Shown: one piece after another, positions 19,437 through 28,474 of the stretch | How the letters are laid out: the number at the start of each line of letters is the position of its first letter | Numbering within the stretch: position 1 is the stretch's first letter | Assembly (NCBI GenBank): GCA_963832165.1 | Contig: CAWHTE010000007.1 | Coordinates: 864,001-928,000 of the forward strand | Direction: 5' to 3' | DNA: 64,000 nt | Source of the DNA: an uncultured delta proteobacterium | GTDB lineage: Bacteria; Myxococcota_A; UBA9160; SMWR01 | The notes under the pieces: model-generated | What the model was told of the DNA's origin: nothing | Database searches by the model: none | The model's input: the letters and a program-made list of their open reading frames with translations, nothing else | Position numbers and translations under genes: made by a program

Positions 19437-20326
19437 AGCTCGATTTCCAGACCGTCGTCCGCAATCTCGACACCCGCGCGCAGCACGCGCGCGCGCTCGG
19501 GCGAGGCGGAGTCGAGCACGGGATTGGTGCAGTTCATGTGGACGTAGTAGGTGCGGCCGGGCAGGTCTGCGAGGGCGGAGAGCGTGCCTTCGGGGCCCGC
19601 GATCGGAGCGTGGCCCATCGCGATCGCGTCGGGGGCGCCCGGCACGGTCTTGCGCAGCTCGTCCGCCGTGAAGAACGTGCCGTCGACGAAGCGAACGTCG
19701 GCGGCGGCGAGCTCGGCCGCCGTCGCGGAGTCGAGTGTCTTGAGGCCGGGCACGAACGCGAGCCGTGCGCCGCTCGAGCGCTCGGTGATGCGCAGCCCCG
19801 TAGTGGTCTCGGCGTGCGGCTTCGCTTTGTCGCGCAGATAGGTGGGCACCTTCGGCGCCACCGGGAAGAAGCGCGCCTCGAGCGCTCCGCTGCGGTCGAG
19901 CGGGATCGGCGCATCGATCGGCACCGAGCTCCAGATCGGCTGGAGCAGGTGAAACGCCGCGTTGTGCTCGAGCATCGCCTCGCGCACCCAGTGCGTCGAC
20001 ACGATCCGGAACGAGAGCGCCTCGCGCAGCACGAGCAGCCCGAGCACGTGGTCGAGCTCTGCCGACGTGACGGCGACCGTGTCGAGCGGAACGTCGCGCG
20101 TTCCGGGCTTCGGGTGCAGGCCCGGAAATGCGGCGAGCTGCTCGCGCAGGTCGGGGCTCGCGTTGAGGATCGACCAGCGCGCGCCGTCCGCGGACACGGC
20201 GAGGCCCGGTTGGGTGCGCGGCGGCACATCCGGATCTCCGCGCCGCGCGCGCACCGAGTTGTCGCCGCCACAGTTCCACTGCGGCAGCCCGCCGCCCGCG
20301 CAAGATCCGAGCACCCGAACCTTCAT
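19433..20326 (-). CDS. pqqB: PQQ biosynthesis protein PqqB
   Basis: VLGSCAGGGLPQWNC, RTQ, LNASPDLREQ, DGTFF, MGH, HMNCTNP motifs. Confidence 0.93.
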   Translation of the reverse strand: MKVRVLGSCAGGGLPQWNCGGDNSVRARRGDPDVPPRTQPGLAVSADGARWSILNASPDLREQLAAFPGLHPKPGTRDVPLDTVAVTSAELDHVLGLLVLREALSFRIVSTHWVREAMLEHNAAFHLLQPIWSSVPIDAPIPLDRSGALEARFFPVAPKVPTYLRDKAKPHAETTTGLRITERSSGARLAFVPGLKTLDSATAAELAAADVRFVDGTFFTADELRKTVPGAPDAIAMGHAPIAGPEGTLSALADLPGRTYYVHMNCTNPVLDSASPERARVLRAGVEIADDGLEIEL

Positions 20327-20399
20327 AACGGGTAAAGTCTAGACGGTCCGCGGCCCGCCGCAGACGCGGCGAGCTTCCCCCCAGGAGGTCGAGGTCGCC

Positions 20400-22133
20400 G
20401 TGATCCCCTATCTCTCTCCGGTCATCGAGCTCTATCTCCAGCACCTGATTCCCTGGGATGAATACTTCGCGCTGCGCAAGGGCTCGGAGGTGGATGCTCG
20501 CGGCGAGCGCGAGACGCTCGAGAGCATCCTGCAGACCGCCGCACAGATCTGCACCGAGCTCGAGCCGTCGCTGCGCGCGTCGTGGCACGCGGAGGCGAAG
20601 CTGGTCGGCGGCGAGGTGCAGTATCCGCCGGCGATCCGCGCCGCCTACGACACGCTTGCTCGCGCGGGGCTGGTCAGCTTCGGCGTCTCCGAAGCCTACG
20701 GCGGTTATGGGCTGCCGAGCTGGATGGCGAACGTGATCCTGCAGATGATCGCGCGCGCCGACGCGGGGTTGATGACGATCGTCGGACTCCAGGCGGGCGT
20801 CGCCGAAGACATCCAGATCTACGCCGATGCGGACCTGAAGCAGCGCTATCTGCCCGGCTTTGCCACGGGCGAGCTGATGGGCGCGATGGACCTCACCGAG
20901 GCGCAGGCCGGCTCGGACCTCGGCGCGATCCGCACGCGCGCGACCGAGCGCGCCGGCCAGATCCTGCTCGACGGCGAGAAGATCTTCATCACCAATGGCG
21001 GCTCGCAGGTGCATCTCGTGCTCGCGCGCGACGACGACGCCTACGACAAGAGTCTCGGCACCACCAACGGCCTCTCGCTCTACCTGTGCCCGCGCACGCT
21101 GCCCGACGGAACTCCCAACGGGCTCAAGGTGGTGCGGCTCGAGCAGAAGCTCGGCATCCACGGCTCGCCGACCGCGGTGATCTCGTTCGACAAGGCGGTT
21201 GCGTGGCGGATTGGCGAGAAGGGACGCGGCTTCCGCGCGATGCTCTCGCTCATGAACAACGCGCGGCTCGGCGTGGCGGCCCAGGCTGTCGGCATCGGCG
21301 AGGCCGCGCTCGACTCGGCCGTGCGCTATGCGCGCGAGCGCAAGCAGTTCGGCGTTCCGATCGCCGAGCAGCCGCTCATGAAAAATCAGCTCGCGCGCAT
21401 GGTCACCAATCTCGAGGCGAGCCGCGCGCTGCTCTACCGCACGTGTGCGCTCGTCGATCGCAACCAGTCGATCCGCGCGTATCTCGACCGCGAGCAGGAT
21501 CTCCCGTCCGGCGAGCGCGAGCGCTACGAGGCGATCTTCGAGCGCAACGACGTGCGGATCCGGCTGCTCACGCCGCTCGCGAAGTATCTCGCGACCGAGG
21601 GCTCCGTCGAGCTCACGCGCGCCGCGATCCAGGTGCACGGCGGGCTCGGCTTCATGTCCGAGTCGGTGCCGGGCAAGCTCCACGCCGACGCGATCATCAC
21701 GACGATCTACGAGGGGACGTCGCAGATCCAGGTCTCGTTCGCGCTGAAGGAGGTGGGCAAGGGCGCCCTCGACGTCGTGTTCGACGAGGTGCGACGCGAT
21801 CTCGACGCGCTCGACCGACCCGAGCTCGCGCCGTACGCCGACCGCGTGCGCAAGGGAGTCGATCTCGTGCTCGGGGCCGGCGGAGCGCTCGCGGCCGATC
21901 TGGGTTATGCGCTGCTCTCCGCGCAGTCGCTGGCCGAGAACCTCGCGAGCATTCTCGTCGCGGGCGAGCTGCTGCTCCAGGCGAACCAGGACCCGGTGCG
22001 GTTCGACATCGCGGCGTCGTGGATCGAGCGCCGCATGGTCGATCTCGAGGGGCGCACCGAGCGGATCCGGCGCGGCTCGTCCGACCTGATCGCGCGCTGC
22101 ACGCGGATGATCGAGGCGGCGGTTCCTACCTGA
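20400..22133 (+). CDS. Acyl-CoA dehydrogenase family protein
   Basis: MDLTEAQAGSDL, GEKIFITNG, KLGIHGSPT, ARERKQFG, IQVHGG, IYEGTSQIQ; AGGAGG SD. Confidence 0.93.
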   Translation: MIPYLSPVIELYLQHLIPWDEYFALRKGSEVDARGERETLESILQTAAQICTELEPSLRASWHAEAKLVGGEVQYPPAIRAAYDTLARAGLVSFGVSEAYGGYGLPSWMANVILQMIARADAGLMTIVGLQAGVAEDIQIYADADLKQRYLPGFATGELMGAMDLTEAQAGSDLGAIRTRATERAGQILLDGEKIFITNGGSQVHLVLARDDDAYDKSLGTTNGLSLYLCPRTLPDGTPNGLKVVRLEQKLGIHGSPTAVISFDKAVAWRIGEKGRGFRAMLSLMNNARLGVAAQAVGIGEAALDSAVRYARERKQFGVPIAEQPLMKNQLARMVTNLEASRALLYRTCALVDRNQSIRAYLDREQDLPSGERERYEAIFERNDVRIRLLTPLAKYLATEGSVELTRAAIQVHGGLGFMSESVPGKLHADAIITTIYEGTSQIQVSFALKEVGKGALDVVFDEVRRDLDALDRPELAPYADRVRKGVDLVLGAGGALAADLGYALLSAQSLAENLASILVAGELLLQANQDPVRFDIAASWIERRMVDLEGRTERIRRGSSDLIARCTRMIEAAVPT

Positions 22134-22144
22134 ATCGGTAGCTT

Positions 22145-25100
22145 ATGCCGCCCATGAAGCGGGCCCCTGCAAAGAATGGCGGCGTATTCGAGCGCGTGGC
22201 GCCGGTCGTGGACTTTCCCGCGGCCGAGGCGAGCGTGCGCGCGTTCTGGCGCGAGCGCGACATTTTCGCCAAGTCGCTCGCGCTGCGCGCAGGCGCGCCG
22301 CGCTTCGTGTTCTACGAGGGTCCGCCTACCGCGAACGGGCTGCCGCACAACGGCCACGCGCTCACGCGCGTGATGAAGGACGTGATCCCGCGCTACAAGG
22401 CGATGCGCGGCTTCCACGTGCCGCGCAAGGGGGGCTGGGACACTCACGGACTGCCCGTCGAGATCGAGGTCGAGAAGGAGCTCCGCATCTCGGGCAAGGA
22501 TGCGATCGAGGCCTACGGCGTGGAGCCGTTCGTGCGCCGCTGCATCGAGAGCGTGTTCCGCTACACCGAGGAGTGGCAGAGCTTCACCGAGAAGCTCGGC
22601 TTCTGGCTCGACATGGGCGAAGCCTACGTCACCTATCACCAGTCCTACGTCGAGAGCGTCTGGTGGGCGCTGTCCCAGCTGTTCGAGCGCGGGCTGCTCT
22701 ACCGCGGGCACAAGGTGGTGTGGTGGTGGGCACAGGGCGGCACCGTGCTCTCGGCGGCCGAGGTGGGTGAGGGCTACCGCACCGTCGACGATCCCTCGAT
22801 CTACGTGCGCTTCCCGCTCGCGGACGAGCCGGACACGTCGCTCCTGGTCTGGACCACGACGCCCTGGACGCTGCCCTCGAACAGCTTCGCGGCCGTGAAC
22901 CCCGACTTCGACTACGTCGTCGTGCGCGATGGCGAGCAGCGGATCGTCGTAGCCGCGGCCCTGCGGGAGTCGTTGGCGGAGAAGGTGGGGCGCGAGCTGC
23001 CCGTAGAGCGCTCGCTGCGCGGCGCCGAGCTGGTGGGGCGCCGCTATCTCCCGCCGTTCGACTGGTTCCGCACCCGCTACGCGGGTGCGGGACTTTGGCA
23101 AGTCGCCGCCGCCGATTTCGTGGAGCTCGACGCGGGTACGGGCATCGTGCACGTCGCGCCCGCGTTCGGCGAGGCCGACTTCGATCTGCTGCGCCGCGAG
23201 CAGCAGCGGGACGCATCGCTTCCGCTCCTGTGCGCGGTGCGCCCCGACGGCACGTTCGACCCCGAGGTCGCCGAGCCCGCCTATGCCGGGCGCTGGGTCA
23301 AGGAGGCCGATCGCGATCTCACGCGTGCGCTGCGCGAGCGCGGGCTTCTCTGGCACGCGGAGCAGGTCCGCCACGAGTATCCGTTCTGCGTCCGCTCCGA
23401 CTCCGACCCGCTGATCCAGTACGCGCGGCCCGCGTGGTACATCCGCACGACTGCGCACGTGAAGGACGCGCTGGAGAACAACGCGCGCATCCAGTGGCTG
23501 CCCGAGCACATCCGCGACGGGCGCTTCGGCGACTTCCTGCGCAACAACGTCGATTGGGCGCTGTCGCGCGAGCGCTATTGGGGCACGCCACTCAACATCT
23601 GGGTGAACGACGTGACGGGGCGCATGGAGGCGCCCGCGTCGGTGGCGGAGATCCTCGAGCGCAACCCGGACGCATTCGAGGCGTTCGAGCGCACGCGCCG
23701 CGAGGACCCGAAGATCTCGCCGCACCTCGCCGTACACAAGCCGTGGATCGACGCCGTCACCTGGACGCGCGCGGGCGAGCCGGGCGTCTACCGGCGCGTG
23801 CCCGAGGTGATCGACGCGTGGTTCGACTCGGGCTCGATGCCGTTCGCGCAGTGGGGCTATCCCCAGAAGAACCACGCGGAGTTCGAGGCGAGCTTCCCGG
23901 CCGACTTCATCTCCGAGGCGATCGACCAGACGCGCGGCTGGTTCAACTCGCTGCTCTGGATCTCCACGCTGCTGTTCCCCGAGCGCGCGCAGCCCCATCC
24001 CTACAAGACCTGCATCGTGCTCGGCCACGTCGCCGACCGGAGCGGCAAGAAGGAATCGAAGAGCAAGGGCAACTACACGCCGCCCGAGGTGATCCTCGAC
24101 CGTGTGCGGCTCGAGTTCGCCGCGGTCGCGCCCGAGGAGGGTGAGCTCGCCCCGGGCACCGCGGCGGTGGCGCGCGAAGACTACGAGGGACTCGATCTCA
24201 GCGGAGAGTCTGTGCGCGTGCGCATCTACCGCGAGGATCGTCCGGAGCACGCGATCGAGGTGGCGCTGCGTCCGGCCGCGCTGCCGCGGCGCGTGATCCA
24301 CCTCGCGCCCGCGGATGCCACCACGCTGGGTCTCGTCGTCGCGCCGCACGACGCCGTGATCCTGCCGCGCGAGGTGCCGGGACTCGCGCCCGCGGTGAAG
24401 GTCTGGGTCGACGATCCGAGCTCGCCCGCGCCCGGCGCCGACGCGTTCCGGTGGTTCTTCTACTCGCAAAACCCGCCCTGGAATCCCACGCGCCACTCGC
24501 TCGCGGGCGTGCGCGCGGCACAGCGCGAGCTTCCGCTCAAGCTGCGCAACGTGTACGCGTTCTTCACGATCTACGCCGAGATCGACGGCTTCGACCCGTC
24601 GGACGTGGCGTGTCGCGCCGGGCGCCGCCCCGCGCGCGAGCGCGCGCTGATCGACCGCTGGATCCTGTCCGAGCTCGCGCTCGTGACGCGCGCGGCGCGC
24701 GCGCACATGGACGCCTACCTCGTCTACGAAGCGACCGGTGTGCTCACGGACTTCGTCGACGCGCTCTCGAACTGGTACGTGCGCCGCTCGCGCGACCGAT
24801 TCTGGGTCCATGGGTTGGCAACGGATAAGCTGGACGCCCACTGGTCGTTGTACGAATGCCTCACGACCCTCGCGCGTCTGCTCGCGCCGTTCCTGCCGTT
24901 CGCCACCGAGGAGCTCTGGCGCAACCTCGTCGCGCGTCCGTTCGGCGACACAGAGCCCGAGAGCGTGCACCTCGCCGACTACCCCGAGCCCGATCTCGCC
25001 GCGATCGACGAGCCGCTCTCGCGCGAGATGCGCGCCGTGCGCGAGATCGTCTCGCTGGGGCTCCAGGTGCGCACAGCCAACAAGCTGCGCGTGCGCCAGC

Positions 25101-25765
25101 CGCTCGCTGCTGCCGAGGTCGTGCTCTCCGATCCCGAGCTCGCCCCGCGCGTGCTCGCGCACGAGGGTCTCGTGCGCGACGAGCTCAACGTGCACGAGCT
25201 CCATCTCGCGCGCGACGCGGACGCCTACGTCACCTATCAGGTGAAGCCGAACTTCCGCGCGCTCGGTCCGCGCGTGGGCAAGCGCATGCCCGCGCTCAAG
25301 GCTGCGCTCGCTGCGGCCGACGGCGCGGCGCTGCTGCGCGAGCTCGAGGCGCAGGGGCGCGTGACGCTCACGGTCGAGGGCGAGCCGCTCGAGCTCGGGC
25401 CGGAGGAGATCGCGGTGAGTCTCGAGGCGCGCGAGGGCTTCGCGGCTGCCGCGGGGGTTGCGGGCGTGGTCGTGCTCCACACGGCGCTCTCCGACGCGCT
25501 CGTCGACGAGGGATTGTTCCGCGAGGTGCTCAACCGCGTGCAGACCTTCCGCAAGGAGCTCGACCTCGAGTACACCGGCCGCATCCGCCTGACGCTCGAC
25601 GGCGCCGACCGGCTGCTCTCCGCAGTGCGCCCGCGCGCGGCCGATCTCGGCCGCGAGACGCTCGCGGTCGACGTGCAGGTCGGTGTTCCGCCGCCGGCCG
25701 GCGCGCACGTGCACGAGGCCGTGATCGAAGGTGAGCCGCTGCGGCTCGGGCTCGTTCGCGCCTGA
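22145..25765 (+). CDS. ileS: Isoleucine--tRNA ligase, type 2 (IleRS2)
   Basis: FYEGPPTANGLPHNGH (HIGH), GWDTHGLPVE, WTTTPWTLPSN, DWALSRERYWGTPL, DQTRGWF, KESKS (KMSKS), LSNWYVRRSR. Start may be ATG 22154. Confidence 0.96.
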   Translation: MPPMKRAPAKNGGVFERVAPVVDFPAAEASVRAFWRERDIFAKSLALRAGAPRFVFYEGPPTANGLPHNGHALTRVMKDVIPRYKAMRGFHVPRKGGWDTHGLPVEIEVEKELRISGKDAIEAYGVEPFVRRCIESVFRYTEEWQSFTEKLGFWLDMGEAYVTYHQSYVESVWWALSQLFERGLLYRGHKVVWWWAQGGTVLSAAEVGEGYRTVDDPSIYVRFPLADEPDTSLLVWTTTPWTLPSNSFAAVNPDFDYVVVRDGEQRIVVAAALRESLAEKVGRELPVERSLRGAELVGRRYLPPFDWFRTRYAGAGLWQVAAADFVELDAGTGIVHVAPAFGEADFDLLRREQQRDASLPLLCAVRPDGTFDPEVAEPAYAGRWVKEADRDLTRALRERGLLWHAEQVRHEYPFCVRSDSDPLIQYARPAWYIRTTAHVKDALENNARIQWLPEHIRDGRFGDFLRNNVDWALSRERYWGTPLNIWVNDVTGRMEAPASVAEILERNPDAFEAFERTRREDPKISPHLAVHKPWIDAVTWTRAGEPGVYRRVPEVIDAWFDSGSMPFAQWGYPQKNHAEFEASFPADFISEAIDQTRGWFNSLLWISTLLFPERAQPHPYKTCIVLGHVADRSGKKESKSKGNYTPPEVILDRVRLEFAAVAPEEGELAPGTAAVAREDYEGLDLSGESVRVRIYREDRPEHAIEVALRPAALPRRVIHLAPADATTLGLVVAPHDAVILPREVPGLAPAVKVWVDDPSSPAPGADAFRWFFYSQNPPWNPTRHSLAGVRAAQRELPLKLRNVYAFFTIYAEIDGFDPSDVACRAGRRPARERALIDRWILSELALVTRAARAHMDAYLVYEATGVLTDFVDALSNWYVRRSRDRFWVHGLATDKLDAHWSLYECLTTLARLLAPFLPFATEELWRNLVARPFGDTEPESVHLADYPEPDLAAIDEPLSREMRAVREIVSLGLQVRTANKLRVRQPLAAAEVVLSDPELAPRVLAHEGLVRDELNVHELHLARDADAYVTYQVKPNFRALGPRVGKRMPALKAALAAADGAALLRELEAQGRVTLTVEGEPLELGPEEIAVSLEAREGFAAAAGVAGVVVLHTALSDALVDEGLFREVLNRVQTFRKELDLEYTGRIRLTLDGADRLLSAVRPRAADLGRETLAVDVQVGVPPPAGAHVHEAVIEGEPLRLGLVRA

Positions 25766-25774
25766 TCCGATTCA

Positions 25775-25796
25775 CTGAGATCCCAAAGGATTTCAG
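25775..25796 (+). terminator. Hairpin directly after ileS
   Basis: ctgagatcc-caaa-ggatttcag stem-loop about 10 nt after the stop; no clear U tract. Confidence 0.35.
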
Positions 25797-25827
25797 CGGC
25801 TTAGGGGGCAGCAGCCGGGTCTGTTCC

Positions 25828-25851
25828 TTGACATGTGAATCCGGATTCACA
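25828..25851 (+). promoter_or_regulatory. -35 box with adjacent perfect 18-bp operator palindrome
   Basis: TTGACA (25828-25833) immediately followed by TGTGAATCC-GGATTCACA (25834-25851), upstream of a Rieske-TetR pair. Confidence 0.78.
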
Positions 25852-25876
25852 AGGCTGGCGGCGGAGGCGAAGCCCG

Positions 25877-27013
25877 ATGAGTCTGCTGCCCGACGCCACC
25901 GTGGTGGAACGGCTGCTCCATCACATCGATCACAAGACCACCGACGAGGGCGAGACGACCTGGCGCGAGCCGGTCGCGAACTACCGCTCCCCCGAGCGCC
26001 TCGCCGCCGAGCTCGAGCTGTTCCGGCGCCATCCGACGCCGTTCTGCGCTTCCGCGGCGCTGCCCGAAGTCGGCTCCTATCTCACGCGCACGGCCGCCGG
26101 AACGCCGCTCGTCGCCGTGCGCGGCCGCGACCGACACGTCCGTGTGTTCCGCAACGCGTGCCGGCACCGCGGCACCCAGGTGGCCGAGGACAGCGGCTGT
26201 GCGAAGGCGTTCGCGTGCCGCTATCACGGCTGGACCTACGGGCTCGAAGGCGAGCTGATCCACGTCCCGCACGAGCGCGGCTTCCCCGACCTCGAGAAGT
26301 CGGGCCGCGGGCTCGTGCCCGTCGAATCGTTCGAGAGCCACGGGCTCGTGTTCGTCACTCAGGAGAAGGCGCACAGCGCCGAGCTCGCGCTCGACGGGCT
26401 GTCGGCGCCCGTGATCGGCGACGACTATCGGATCGTCGACGCGCGTGGGCTCGGCTGCACCGAGGTGGCAGCCAACTGGAAGATCGTGCTCGAGGGCTTC
26501 ATCGAGGGCTATCACATCCGCACCACGCACCGCGACACGTTCTATCCGCTGCAGTACGACAACACGAACGTCGTCGAGACGTTCGGCATGAACAGCCGCA
26601 TCGCATATCCGTACCGCGCGATCGAGAGGCAGCGCGGCGTCGACGCGGCGAAGCGCACCACCAACGGCACGCTCACCTACGTCTATCAATTCTTCCCGAA
26701 CGTCATGGTCGCCACGTTCCCGAACCGGATCTTCATGGTCGTGCTCGAGCCGCTCGCGCCCGACCGCACGCTTCAGATCACCACCGTGCTTACCAACAGC
26801 CCCGAAGACGATTCCCGCGCCCAGGAGTTCCTCGCGCGCGGCGCGCAGCTCGTCGACCGCGGCGGTCTCGAGGACCGCGCGATGGTCGAGAGCGGACAGC
26901 GCGGGCTCGCGGCCGGCGCGAACGAGTTCCTGGAGTTCGGGCGCTTCGAATCGCAGATCGTCCACTTCCACCGGAATCTGGACGCGGCGCTCGACGCGAT
27001 TCCGAGCCGCTGA
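25877..27013 (+). CDS. Rieske non-heme iron oxygenase alpha subunit
   Basis: CRH...CRYHGW Rieske motif; ANWK...EGYHIRTTH and ED mononuclear iron ligands. Confidence 0.93.
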   Translation: MSLLPDATVVERLLHHIDHKTTDEGETTWREPVANYRSPERLAAELELFRRHPTPFCASAALPEVGSYLTRTAAGTPLVAVRGRDRHVRVFRNACRHRGTQVAEDSGCAKAFACRYHGWTYGLEGELIHVPHERGFPDLEKSGRGLVPVESFESHGLVFVTQEKAHSAELALDGLSAPVIGDDYRIVDARGLGCTEVAANWKIVLEGFIEGYHIRTTHRDTFYPLQYDNTNVVETFGMNSRIAYPYRAIERQRGVDAAKRTTNGTLTYVYQFFPNVMVATFPNRIFMVVLEPLAPDRTLQITTVLTNSPEDDSRAQEFLARGAQLVDRGGLEDRAMVESGQRGLAAGANEFLEFGRFESQIVHFHRNLDAALDAIPSR

Positions 27014-27600
27014 TGCCGGCCGAGCGCAACGGCGGTACGCGCGCGCTGCTCCTCGGCGCGGCTGCGCAGGTGATCGAGAAGGGCGGCTGGGGCGCGGCCT
27101 CGGTGGCCGCGATCGCCGAGCGCGCGGGCGTCGCAGCGGGAACGCTCTATCGCCACTTCCCGTCGAAGACGGCCCTGTTCGTCGAGGTGGTGCGATCGAT
27201 CTCGGAGCGCGAGGTCGAGGCGATGGTTCTGGCGTCGGGCCGGGAGACCGGCTTCGGCGCGCGATTCGACGCGGTCGTGGCGACGTACGCGCGACGCGCG
27301 CTGCATAACAGGCCGCTCGCGTGGGCGCTCGTGTACGAGCCCGTCGCCCCTCAGGTCGACGCGGAGCGCCTAGCCTACCGGCGCAACTACACCCGCTACA
27401 TGGCGCGTCTGCTCGAGGACGGCGTGGCCGCGGACGCGCTCGCGCCCCAGGACACGGATCTCGCCGCGGCCGCGGTCGTGGGCGTGATCCACGAGACGCT
27501 GATCGGGCCGCTCTCGCCCGTGGCGTCGACGAGCGCGCCCGAAGAGCAGACCGTCGCCGCGATCGTCTTTCTGTGCCGGCGCGTGATCGGGCTGGCCTGA
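27013..27600 (+). CDS. TetR/AcrR family regulator
   Basis: ASVAAIAERAGVAAGTLYRHFPSKTALF HTH; TGATG overlap with the Rieske gene. Confidence 0.92.
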   Translation: MPAERNGGTRALLLGAAAQVIEKGGWGAASVAAIAERAGVAAGTLYRHFPSKTALFVEVVRSISEREVEAMVLASGRETGFGARFDAVVATYARRALHNRPLAWALVYEPVAPQVDAERLAYRRNYTRYMARLLEDGVAADALAPQDTDLAAAAVVGVIHETLIGPLSPVASTSAPEEQTVAAIVFLCRRVIGLA

Positions 27601-27609
27601 GGCGCGGAA

Positions 27610-27678
27610 GGCGGGATCCGCCTTCGGCTCCTCCCGCCCTACGAATTCCGTAGGGCGGGAGAGCGAAGCGATCCCGCC
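27610..27678. repeat. Inverted pair of REP-like palindromes between convergent genes
   Basis: Minus copy 27610-27642 (identical to 7519-7551) and plus variant GTAGGGCGGGAGAGCGAAGCGATCCCGCC at 27650-27678. Confidence 0.88.
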
Positions 27679-27679
27679 A

Positions 27680-28381
27680 TTACTTCAGATCGAAGAGCAG
27701 GAACTCCGCGCCGCCGCGGCTCTCGATGTCGATCGCGTCGGCGTCCTCGATCGCGGCGCTGTCGCCGGGGCCGAGCGTCTCGCCGCCCACCTGGAGGTTC
27801 CCCGCGATCGCGTGCAGCCACACGCCGCGGCCGCGCGCGGGCCGGTGCACGACGCGCCGGCCTTCGTCGAGCTTGCCCACGTAGACGTCGGCGTCGGCGC
27901 GGATCTCGATCGCGCCATCGCGCGGCTTTCCCGCGAACAGCAGCGTGAGCGCATTCGGCAGCGCGGCCGTGCCGAGCTCCTTCTCGGCATAGCGCGGAGC
28001 GCCGCCGCTCCTGTCGGGCAGGATCCAGATCTGGAGCAGATGCGCGCGCTCCTCGTTCGAGGGGTTGAACTCGCTGTGGGTCACGCCGTTGCCCGCGCTC
28101 ATGTACTGGAGGTCGCCCGCTTCGATCACGCTTCCGTTGCCCATCGAGTCGCGATGCTGGAGCCGACCCTCGAGCACGTAGGAGAGGATCTCGGCATCGC
28201 GGTGCGGGTGCTGCCCGAACCCCTTGCCGGGCTCGATCACGTCGTCGTTGATCACGCGCAGCGCGCGAAACCCCATGTGCGCGGGGTCCCGGTAGTCGCC
28301 GAACGAGAACGTGTGGCGGCTGTCGAGCCAGTCGAATCGGGTCACGCCGCGCGCGTCGGCGGCGCGCTTCTCGATCTTCAT
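27680..28381 (-). CDS. Pirin family protein (YhhW-like)
   Basis: HTFSFGDY, LRVINDD, GFGQHPHRDAEI, HRDSMGN, MSAGNGVTHSEFN, LQIW. Confidence 0.95.
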   Translation of the reverse strand: MKIEKRAADARGVTRFDWLDSRHTFSFGDYRDPAHMGFRALRVINDDVIEPGKGFGQHPHRDAEILSYVLEGRLQHRDSMGNGSVIEAGDLQYMSAGNGVTHSEFNPSNEERAHLLQIWILPDRSGGAPRYAEKELGTAALPNALTLLFAGKPRDGAIEIRADADVYVGKLDEGRRVVHRPARGRGVWLHAIAGNLQVGGETLGPGDSAAIEDADAIDIESRGGAEFLLFDLK

Positions 28382-28474
28382 CGCATCCTCCTGGTTTCGT
28401 TATCCGAAAATAGGATGCCGCCGGGTTACAAGAGGGCAGCCCGCGGGGCCATCGACTCCGATACAATGGCGCCG

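Noticed and set aside
19437..21683. Long N-terminal extension of PqqC in the ORF track (1062 aa)
   Set aside because: Overlaps pqqB and is antisense to the acyl-CoA dehydrogenase; the real start is GTG 19436 overlapping the pqqB stop.
24085..24435. IleRS insertion as an intein
   Set aside because: No N-terminal Cys/Ser block and no C-terminal His-Asn followed by Cys/Ser/Thr.
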